Source: Lytechinus pictus (Eukaryota). From it: DNA of 64,000 nt. Where the stretch lies: positions 12,464,001 to 12,528,000 of the forward strand of contig NC_087252.1 of the NCBI RefSeq assembly GCF_037042905.1, in the 5' to 3' direction. Position 1 is the stretch's first letter; each line of letters begins with the position of its first letter. Made by a program: the position numbers and the translations under genes. Shown one piece after another: positions 51,485-63,500 of the stretch. The notes under the pieces were generated by a model. It worked only from the letters and a program-made list of their open reading frames with translations. It did no database searches and was not told where the DNA came from.

Positions 51485-54400
51485 TCATCGGAAAAGGTTC
51501 CGAGAGAATGCCTCGTTTTTGCCAACTTGTATCGGAGATGGTTGGATTTGTGGGCCTCTCGTTCTATTTCATCGTGGTCATCATGTCGAAAATTTTGGGG
51601 GGTTTTCCCCCAGTTTCTCAAATAATGTCTCGAAAAACCTTTTAAAATTACTATTGTAACTGTCATTTCACAATGAATTCTATATCATCTTCCATTTTCT
51701 ATATTGATAACATGGGTAGATATCTTTCGCAAAAGACAATATGACGATGATGATCATCTCCATTGTATAAAAATGCACAACTAAACTATTTGTGAACTTG
51801 GGGCTTAGGGTTATGGCAAGACAGGCCTCAATCTTTCACTAAAAGTAATTTTCTTTTTTAGATTTTTCATAAATTATATGTCTCATTTAATTTGATTTTC
51901 CACGCAGCTACTAGTATTATAATGATAAAATAATTTTGTTCCTGAAGTTTGCGCACCGGTATTCGATTTGTAATATCCTGAAATTATTTCAAAGTGTTAA
52001 ACGAATGAAAGTGACCAAAATTGTAAGTCTGAAATCATACCTCCCAACTCTCTTCGTGTCACTTTCTACGTTTCTTTCTTTATCTTACTATTCCCTCAAA
52101 AAGAGCCATGATAGCAATTACTGAAAGTAAGAGAAAGTAATTTTTCTTGAATAAATTATAGCATCCGTAATCATGTTCTTTCGTTTTGTTCGATTATCTC
52201 CTTCGTTTTGTTATATTGTCTCCTTGATTTCACAGCCGAAAACAAAGTAATAAATAAATCATTAAAAAACATTCACAATAGTTAGAATTCATTTTTGTCT
52301 CTATCGTTTTAATCGTTCAATCTCATAGTACAGAGGCAGCGGAGTTGGTAGGAAGTTTCAGTCCTCACCCCTTTCAGCAAACATGTACAAAAAAAATCCG
52401 AAGTCTATATAAATTTATGATTTTTGGGGGGCCGGTCCACTCCCTCCCACATTCAGCTCAACCCCTCCATTATCAAAAACGCTCAGTGGCCCCTGTTTTT
52501 TATTTTAAAAAATCAGATATTTTGGTTTTGATGCTAACCAGGGTAAGCGCCCCAAATGATTGTTTGCAGTAACGGAAACAATTTGTTTTCCTCTATGAAT
52601 CTTTTCTACCACGCTATTCGCCGGTTAAAAAAAAGAAGAAAGAAATTGGCGAAAAAGTAGGAAAATCAATAAAATTTGGGTCGGTATCAACATTTTTTTT
52701 TGGGGGGGGGGTGTAGGTAACACATGAATAAAAGTTTGTAGGATTGAGAGGGTTCTATCGGATGACACACCAGACAAACAAATTATCATCCTGTATCATT
52801 TTATTTCCTCCATTTCGCGCGAGGAAACTTTTAGTTCATTATTGATTTTATCATTTGAAGTGATTATGTTTCCGGCAACTTTTCAATGCAAAAGTTTTCA
52901 TCTGGGAGAGAAAAGGAAATAAGATGGAGAGCTTCTAAAACCTAACCTATTATAAATTCATTCTGTAAAATGACATGAATTAACAAATTGTAATTTTTTT
53001 TTAGCCGCTTCACCCCCGTCCCACAGCTCAACCCCTGCACCATAAAAAAACATTGCTGTCCCTGTATAACATCTTTTTCCAAATATTTTGGTTTAGATGC
53101 TAACCATGGTAAGCGCCCCAAATGCAATTTTTTTGGGGGGGTCGTAACGGGGAAAAAAAGTGGCCAAGACGGTCTTTATTCTTATCTTTTCTACCGCGTT
53201 ACTCGCAATTAAAAACAGAAAATCGGAGAGAGGAGACAAACAAGCAAGTTTATAGTGTAGTTCAGAACATTTCCATCTGGGGAGGGGGCAAGGTCAAACA
53301 AGAATAATGATAAAAATTCGTCAGTATGGCAAGGGTCTGGGGACCGAGTTGCGACAAACAAACGTTGTGGGATTTTTTAAAAGTAATCTAACCAAAAAAT
53401 AAAGTCATGTTGTTATTCGTTTAAGTAGATATTCATGGAATTTTAGCAAAAGCGCACTTGTCTATTCCCCCTTTTATCTCTGTCTCTCATTCTCTCTCGT
53501 TCTCCGTGACATCTGAACATATTTTATCTATAATTTCCCTAAATGATTCTTCGTTCATCCTTATATGCATCATCACCCAGGGGTAGCGCTTTTATGCAAT
53601 ATGAATCACTGACGGATGTCATAAGCACCTGCGTTGTCGGTAAATGAGACAATTTTTTCTTTTTAGATACGGTTTGTTGGTCGAAAAAAAAGTATTCATA
53701 AAAGCTTTTTGTATTGCTAAGTACGAAAAGCATTCAATGGGTCATCCTGCCGATAAACACTAATCTTCCTTTTGTTCGGGGCGTTGACCATCTGTATCCT
53801 GCTCTTTTCGGAAGGAATTTGTTTGAGTGGCCGCCCAGACATTCTTTTGTTCGGATAGTGCCGATATCATGAACTACATGGACGTTTCTTTTTTTAAAAG
53901 AGCAGAAGATGAATGGTTCGTTTAACTGCTTTCTTTTCTCCTTTTTTCAGAATAGTAGACAAAAATAATAAGAAGGGGGATAATGGGGAGAGAAAAAGTT
54001 CAAAAGTGCACCAAGATCAGCTCAAAGTACTAAGACATAACAAGCTTTTTGTTTTTCTGAAAATACAATCGATCAATGAAACCAAGGAGATATCATTCTA
54101 TCTAAAGTGATATCTCCTTGATGAAAAAAATAAGACGAAAATGGTGAATAAACGCGTAGCTTATTACGTGACGATCTTGCAGAAAAGATAGCGTACATCT
54201 ATCAGAACAACGATATGGATCAAATCACGTGATCAGAACAAATCACGTGATCAGGCCTTGTGCGCGCGCGTACGTGCTCGTCACAAAATTTATCCTCCCC
54301 GTCAGACTCCAACGAGAAAATCGAGTAAAGTTGAAATGATTTCCTAATTTCGGGATTTTTCCCCACGTAGCTGTATATTTTTTTCAATCTGTTATCGAAA

Positions 54401-54567
54401 TAGGTTTATAAAGGAAATAGTGGCAGAGATTTTAGTTCATAACAATTACGAAAAAGCTGAAAAACTTCATTGAATTAAACCAAACATATCTCGGCTTCTG
54501 TAGAAGCCCGTCGTAGCTAAGTGAACGACTCGCTGGGCTTCTGTGGAAGCCCGTCGCACGCAAAGGG
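48892..54567. mobile_element. Non-autonomous piggyBac-like element, 5,676 bp
   Basis: TTAA|CCCTTTGCGTGCG ... CGCACGCAAAGGG|TTAA: 13-bp perfect TIR, TTAA duplicated at 48888-48891 and 54568-54571. The empty site 'ctgtcatcttaatgacag' is present in the downstream C units. ORF spacing 55176-48332 = 1164+5676+4. No intact transposase ORF. Confidence 0.95.
51023..51180. mobile_element. MITE nested in the piggyBac-like element
   Basis: 'ggggcccgttttata' ... 'tataaaacggtgcca' imperfect TIR; the interior matches 1-100. Confidence 0.6.
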
Positions 54568-54571
54568 TTAA

Positions 54572-57500
54572 TGACAGACCACCTAAAAAGGACCAAAAAA
54601 AAAAAAAAAAAAAAAAAAGGGGGTCCAGCGAGGTTTGAACCACCGAACCCTGGTATACCAGTCAGGTGTGTTATCCAGTCGGCCACAGTGTGTTCGACAA
54701 GCACAGAGAGCAAAATAGGAAACATATTGTCAACTTGACATTGAATGTACATTCTTGCAATTCCAAATTGGCATGATGACAAAACTCTACAAATTCTAGT
54801 TTTGAGAATAGTACAAGCTTTAAAATGAAACAGTGGAGATATTGTCTAAAGGATACATTCTAAGCTAAAACATATTGAAAATTTGGCGAGAACAGACCAA
54901 GATTTACGGAATTAAAATCAATTTAAATGACTGTGGTGACATCATGAAACAGAAAACACTTGTTCTTAGTTCCGACGCCATTTTGATGACGTCACGATGT
55001 AATTAAGAGTCAAATGTGGCATGAAATCATATCTCCTATTCATACTCTATTCGAATATGAAAAGAAAAATTGGGGTCAACGGACTCCCTGAAGAGCTACA
55101 GTGAATTTTATATAGGCATATTTTAGCCCATTTACGCGCGCGTAATGCAAATTTGAATGGACGCGCATTCCCGTATTATTGGTCGTAAGAGGCTGAATGA
55201 GGTATCAAATTAATCAGAAGACAATGGACAATGGAAAGACATGAAAGAAATGATGACTCGAAGATGCATAACGATGGTAGGTGCAAGAACGCGCACGCAT
55301 ACCTGTGCGCGCGCAAATTCTTGACATGCTCAAAATGACCAGAAACGTACCCAAACTTGACCACGGTCGATTTGGGGAAATTTAAAATTTTGACGCGCGC
55401 GTACGTGCGCGTCGTGACCTTTGCATGACCTCTGATGATATGTCCTGATGACCTGTCACCTGAACTTGATATGATGCAAATATGGATGATTTTTGATGAT
55501 TAGTTGCGATGATATGATCAATCATTTAATTTTACAAAATGGCGCCTAGATGACGTCATCATGATTTGATAACCTTGAAAAGCTTCCATTCCCATGTCTA
55601 TAATGATGCCCATACATGACATGAAAATCAAGGAAATTGACATGCCCGATTTTGAGATAGAGGTGGACAAAGATTTGGCAATAAAAATAAATAAAGTAAA
55701 TTCTGACGAATATAATAGGTGATCTGTCATCTTAATGACAGACCACCTAAAAAGGACCAAAAAAAAAAAAAAAAAAAAAAAAGGGGGTCCAGCGAGGTTT
55801 GAACCACCGAACCCTGGTATACCAGTCAGGTGTGTTATCCAGTCGGCCACAGTGTGTTCGACAAGCACAGAGAGCAAAATAGGAAACATATTGTCAACTT
55901 GACATTGAATGTACATTCTTGCAATTCCAAATTGGCATGATGACAAAACTCTACAAATTCTAGTTTTGAGAATAGTACAAGCTTTAAAATGAAACAGTGG
56001 AGATATTGTCTAAAGGATACATTCTAAGCTAAAACATATTGAAAATTTGGCGAGAACAGACCAAGATTTACGGAATTAAAATCAATTTAAATGACTGTGG
56101 TGACATCATGAAACAGAAAACACTTGTTCTTAGTTCCGACGCCATTTTGATGACGTCACGATGTAATTAAGAGTCAAATGTGGCATGAAATCATATCTCC
56201 TATTCATACTCTATTCGAATATGAAAAGAAAAATTGGGGTCAACGGACTCCCTGAAGAGCTACAGTGAATTTTATATAGGCATATTTTAGCCCATTTACG
56301 CGCGCGTAATGCAAATTTGAATGGACGCGCATTCCCGTATTATTGGTCGTAAGAGGCTGAATGAGGTATCAAATTAATCAGAAGACAATGGACAATGGAA
56401 AGACATGAAAGAAATGATGACTCGAAGATGCATAACGATGGTAGGTGCAAGAACGCGCACGCATACCTGTGCGCGCGCAAATTCTTGACATGCTCAAAAT
56501 GACCAGAAACGTACCCAAACTTGACCACGGTCGATTTGGGGAAATTTAAAATTTTGACGCGCGCGTACGTGCGCGTCGTGACCTTTGCATGACCTCTGAT
56601 GATATGTCCTGATGACCTGTCACCTGAACTTGATATGATGCAAATATGGATGATTTTTGATGATTAGTTGCGATGATATGATCAATCATTTAATTTTACA
56701 AAATGGCGCCTAGATGACGTCATCATGATTTGATAACCTTGAAAAGCTTCCATTCCCATGTCTATAATGATGCCCATACATGACATGAAAATCAAGGAAA
56801 TTGACATGCCCGATTTTGAGATAGAGGTGGACAAAGATTTGGCAATAAAAATAAATAAAGTAAATTCTGACGAATATAATAGGTGATCTGTCATCTTAAT
56901 GACAGACCACCTAAAAAGGACCAAAAAAAAAAAAAAAAAAAAAAAAGGGGGTCCAGCGAGGTTTGAACCACCGAACCCTGGTATACCAGTCAGGTGTGTT
57001 ATCCAGTCGGCCACAGTGTGTTCGACAAGCACAGAGAGCAAAATAGGAAACATATTGTCAACTTGACATTGAATGTACATTCTTGCAATTCCAAATTGGC
57101 ATGATGACAAAACTCTACAAATTCTAGTTTTGAGAATAGTACAAGCTTTAAAATGAAACAGTGGAGATATTGTCTAAAGGATACATTCTAAGCTAAAACA
57201 TATTGAAAATTTGGCGAGAACAGACCAAGATTTACGGAATTAAAATCAATTTAAATGACTGTGGTGACATCATGAAACAGAAAACACTTGTTCTTAGTTC
57301 CGACGCCATTTTGATGACGTCACGATGTAATTAAGAGTCAAATGTGGCATGAAATCATATCTCCTATTCATACTCTATTCGAATATGAAAAGAAAAATTG
57401 GGGTCAACGGACTCCCTGAAGAGCTACAGTGAATTTTATATAGGCATATTTTAGCCCATTTACGCGCGCGTAATGCAAATTTGAATGGACGCGCATTCCC

Positions 57501-60500
57501 GTATTATTGGTCGTAAGAGGCTGAATGAGGTATCAAATTAATCAGAAGACAATGGACAATGGAAAGACATGAAAGAAATGATGACTCGAAGATGCATAAC
57601 GATGGTAGGTGCAAGAACGCGCACGCATACCTGTGCGCGCGCAAATTCTTGACATGCTCAAAATGACCAGAAACGTACCCAAACTTGACCACGGTCGATT
57701 TGGGGAAATTTAAAATTTTGACGCGCGCGTACGTGCGCGTCGTGACCTTTGCATGACCTCTGATGATATGTCCTGATGACCTGTCACCTGAACTTGATAT
57801 GATGCAAATATGGATGATTTTTGATGATTAGTTGCGATGATATGATCAATCATTTAATTTTACAAAATGGCGCCTAGATGACGTCATCATGATTTGATAA
57901 CCTTGAAAAGCTTCCATTCCCATGTCTATAATGATGCCCATACATGACATGAAAATCAAGGAAATTGACATGCCCGATTTTGAGATAGAGGTGGACAAAG
58001 ATTTGGCAATAAAAATAAATAAAGTAAATTCTGACGAATATAATAGGTGATCTGTCATCTTAATGACAGACCACCTAAAAAGGACCAAAAAAAAAAAAAA
58101 AAAAAAAAAAGGGGGTCCAGCGAGGTTTGAACCACCGAACCCTGGTATACCAGTCAGGTGTGTTATCCAGTCGGCCACAGTGTGTTCGACAAGCACAGAG
58201 AGCAAAATAGGAAACATATTGTCAACTTGACATTGAATGTACATTCTTGCAATTCCAAATTGGCATGATGACAAAACTCTACAAATTCTAGTTTTGAGAA
58301 TAGTACAAGCTTTAAAATGAAACAGTGGAGATATTGTCTAAAGGATACATTCTAAGCTAAAACATATTGAAAATTTGGCGAGAACAGACCAAGATTTACG
58401 GAATTAAAATCAATTTAAATGACTGTGGTGACATCATGAAACAGAAAACACTTGTTCTTAGTTCCGACGCCATTTTGATGACGTCACGATGTAATTAAGA
58501 GTCAAATGTGGCATGAAATCATATCTCCTATTCATACTCTATTCGAATATGAAAAGAAAAATTGGGGTCAACGGACTCCCTGAAGAGCTACAGTGAATTT
58601 TATATAGGCATATTTTAGCCCATTTACGCGCGCGTAATGCAAATTTGAATGGACGCGCATTCCCGTATTATTGGTCGTAAGAGGCTGAATGAGGTATCAA
58701 ATTAATCAGAAGACAATGGACAATGGAAAGACATGAAAGAAATGATGACTCGAAGATGCATAACGATGGTAGGTGCAAGAACGCGCACGCATACCTGTGC
58801 GCGCGCAAATTCTTGACATGCTCAAAATGACCAGAAACGTACCCAAACTTGACCACGGTCGATTTGGGGAAATTTAAAATTTTGACGCGCGCGTACGTGC
58901 GCGTCGTGACCTTTGCATGACCTCTGATGATATGTCCTGATGACCTGTCACCTGAACTTGATATGATGCAAATATGGATGATTTTTGATGATTAGTTGCG
59001 ATGATATGATCAATCATTTAATTTTACAAAATGGCGCCTAGATGACGTCATCATGATTTGATAACCTTGAAAAGCTTCCATTCCCATGTCTATAATGATG
59101 CCCATACATGACATGAAAATCAAGGAAATTGACATGCCCGATTTTGAGATAGAGGTGGACAAAGATTTGGCAATAAAAATAAATAAAGTAAATTCTGACG
59201 AATATAATAGGTGATCTGTCATCTTAATGACAGACCACCTAAAAAGGACCAAAAAAAAAAAAAAAAAAAAAAAAGGGGGTCCAGCGAGGTTTGAACCACC
59301 GAACCCTGGTATACCAGTCAGGTGTGTTATCCAGTCGGCCACAGTGTGTTCGACAAGCACAGAGAGCAAAATAGGAAACATATTGTCAACTTGACATTGA
59401 ATGTACATTCTTGCAATTCCAAATTGGCATGATGACAAAACTCTACAAATTCTAGTTTTGAGAATAGTACAAGCTTTAAAATGAAACAGTGGAGATATTG
59501 TCTAAAGGATACATTCTAAGCTAAAACATATTGAAAATTTGGCGAGAACAGACCAAGATTTACGGAATTAAAATCAATTTAAATGACTGTGGTGACATCA
59601 TGAAACAGAAAACACTTGTTCTTAGTTCCGACGCCATTTTGATGACGTCACGATGTAATTAAGAGTCAAATGTGGCATGAAATCATATCTCCTATTCATA
59701 CTCTATTCGAATATGAAAAGAAAAATTGGGGTCAACGGACTCCCTGAAGAGCTACAGTGAATTTTATATAGGCATATTTTAGCCCATTTACGCGCGCGTA
59801 ATGCAAATTTGAATGGACGCGCATTCCCGTATTATTGGTCGTAAGAGGCTGAATGAGGTATCAAATTAATCAGAAGACAATGGACAATGGAAAGACATGA
59901 AAGAAATGATGACTCGAAGATGCATAACGATGGTAGGTGCAAGAACGCGCACGCATACCTGTGCGCGCGCAAATTCTTGACATGCTCAAAATGACCAGAA
60001 ACGTACCCAAACTTGACCACGGTCGATTTGGGGAAATTTAAAATTTTGACGCGCGCGTACGTGCGCGTCGTGACCTTTGCATGACCTCTGATGATATGTC
60101 CTGATGACCTGTCACCTGAACTTGATATGATGCAAATATGGATGATTTTTGATGATTAGTTGCGATGATATGATCAATCATTTAATTTTACAAAATGGCG
60201 CCTAGATGACGTCATCATGATTTGATAACCTTGAAAAGCTTCCATTCCCATGTCTATAATGATGCCCATACATGACATGAAAATCAAGGAAATTGACATG
60301 CCCGATTTTGAGATAGAGGTGGACAAAGATTTGGCAATAAAAATAAATAAAGTAAATTCTGACGAATATAATAGGTGATCTGTCATCTTAATGACAGACC
60401 ACCTAAAAAGGACCAAAAAAAAAAAAAAAAAAAAAAAAGGGGGTCCAGCGAGGTTTGAACCACCGAACCCTGGTATACCAGTCAGGTGTGTTATCCAGTC

Positions 60501-63500
60501 GGCCACAGTGTGTTCGACAAGCACAGAGAGCAAAATAGGAAACATATTGTCAACTTGACATTGAATGTACATTCTTGCAATTCCAAATTGGCATGATGAC
60601 AAAACTCTACAAATTCTAGTTTTGAGAATAGTACAAGCTTTAAAATGAAACAGTGGAGATATTGTCTAAAGGATACATTCTAAGCTAAAACATATTGAAA
60701 ATTTGGCGAGAACAGACCAAGATTTACGGAATTAAAATCAATTTAAATGACTGTGGTGACATCATGAAACAGAAAACACTTGTTCTTAGTTCCGACGCCA
60801 TTTTGATGACGTCACGATGTAATTAAGAGTCAAATGTGGCATGAAATCATATCTCCTATTCATACTCTATTCGAATATGAAAAGAAAAATTGGGGTCAAC
60901 GGACTCCCTGAAGAGCTACAGTGAATTTTATATAGGCATATTTTAGCCCATTTACGCGCGCGTAATGCAAATTTGAATGGACGCGCATTCCCGTATTATT
61001 GGTCGTAAGAGGCTGAATGAGGTATCAAATTAATCAGAAGACAATGGACAATGGAAAGACATGAAAGAAATGATGACTCGAAGATGCATAACGATGGTAG
61101 GTGCAAGAACGCGCACGCATACCTGTGCGCGCGCAAATTCTTGACATGCTCAAAATGACCAGAAACGTACCCAAACTTGACCACGGTCGATTTGGGGAAA
61201 TTTAAAATTTTGACGCGCGCGTACGTGCGCGTCGTGACCTTTGCATGACCTCTGATGATATGTCCTGATGACCTGTCACCTGAACTTGATATGATGCAAA
61301 TATGGATGATTTTTGATGATTAGTTGCGATGATATGATCAATCATCTTAATGACAGACCACCTAAAAAGGACCAAAAAAAAAAAAAAAAAAAAAAAAGGG
61401 GGTCCAGCGAGGTTTGAACCACCGAACCCTGGTATACCAGTCAGGTGTGTTATCCAGTCGGCCACAGTGTGTTCGACAAGCACAGAGAGCAAAATAGGAA
61501 ACATATTGTCAACTTGACATTGAATGTACATTCTTGCAATTCCAAATTGGCATGATGACAAAACTCTACAAATTCTAGTTTTGAGAATAGTACAAGCTTT
61601 AAAATGAAACAGTGGAGATATTGTCTAAAGGATACATTCTAAGCTAAAACATATTGAAAATTTGGCGAGAACAGACCAAGATTTACGGAATTAAAATCAA
61701 TTTAAATGACTGTGGTGACATCATGAAACAGAAAACACTTGTTCTTAGTTCCGACGCCATTTTGATGACGTCACGATGTAATTAAGAGTCAAATGTGGCA
61801 TGAAATCATATCTCCTATTCATACTCTATTCGAATATGAAAAGAAAAATTGGGGTCAACGGACTCCCTGAAGAGCTACAGTGAATTTTATATAGGCATAT
61901 TTTAGCCCATTTACGCGCGCGTAATGCAAATTTGAATGGACGCGCATTCCCGTATTATTGGTCGTAAGAGGCTGAATGAGGTATCAAATTAATCAGAAGA
62001 CAATGGACAATGGAAAGACATGAAAGAAATGATGACTCGAAGATGCATAACGATGGTAGGTGCAAGAACGCGCACGCATACCTGTGCGCGCGCAAATTCT
62101 TGACATGCTCAAAATGACCAGAAACGTACCCAAACTTGACCACGGTCGATTTGGGGAAATTTAAAATTTTGACGCGCGCGTACGTGCGCGTCGTGACCTT
62201 TGCATGACCTCTGATGATATGTCCTGATGACCTGTCACCTGAACTTGATATGATGCAAATATGGATGATTTTTGATGATTAGTTGCGATGATATGATCAA
62301 TCATTTAATTTTACAAAATGGCGCCTAGATGACGTCATCATGATTTGATAACCTTGAAAAGCTTCCATTCCCATGTCTATAATGATGCCCATACATGACA
62401 TGAAAATCAAGGAAATTGACATGCCCGATTTTGAGATAGAGGTGGACAAAGATTTGGCAATAAAAATAAATAAAGTAAATTCTGACGAATATAATAGGTG
62501 ATCTGTCATCTTAATGACAGACCACCTAAAAAGGACCAAAAAAAAAAAAAAAAAAAAAAAAGGGGGTCCAGCGAGGTTTGAACCACCGAACCCTGGTATA
62601 CCAGTCAGGTGTGTTATCCAGTCGGCCACAGTGTGTTCGACAAGCACAGAGAGCAAAATAGGAAACATATTGTCAACTTGACATTGAATGTACATTCTTG
62701 CAATTCCAAATTGGCATGATGACAAAACTCTACAAATTCTAGTTTTGAGAATAGTACAAGCTTTAAAATGAAACAGTGGAGATATTGTCTAAAGGATACA
62801 TTCTAAGCTAAAACATATTGAAAATTTGGCGAGAACAGACCAAGATTTACGGAATTAAAATCAATTTAAATGACTGTGGTGACATCATGAAACAGAAAAC
62901 ACTTGTTCTTAGTTCCGACGCCATTTTGATGACGTCACGATGTAATTAAGAGTCAAATGTGGCATGAAATCATATCTCCTATTCATACTCTATTCGAATA
63001 TGAAAAGAAAAATTGGGGTCAACGGACTCCCTGAAGAGCTACAGTGAATTTTATATAGGCATATTTTAGCCCATTTACGCGCGCGTAATGCAAATTTGAA
63101 TGGACGCGCATTCCCGTATTATTGGTCGTAAGAGGCTGAATGAGGTATCAAATTAATCAGAAGACAATGGACAATGGAAAGACATGAAAGAAATGATGAC
63201 TCGAAGATGCATAACGATGGTAGGTGCAAGAACGCGCACGCATACCTGTGCGCGCGCAAATTCTTGACATGCTCAAAATGACCAGAAACGTACCCAAACT
63301 TGACCACGGTCGATTTGGGGAAATTTAAAATTTTGACGCGCGCGTACGTGCGCGTCGTGACCTTTGCATGACCTCTGATGATATGTCCTGATGACCTGTC
63401 ACCTGAACTTGATATGATGCAAATATGGATGATTTTTGATGATTAGTTGCGATGATATGATCAATCATTTAATTTTACAAAATGGCGCCTAGATGACGTC

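Noticed and set aside
48892..54567. Autonomous piggyBac
   Set aside because: The longest ORFs are ~140 aa and low-complexity; no DDD catalytic domain is visible.
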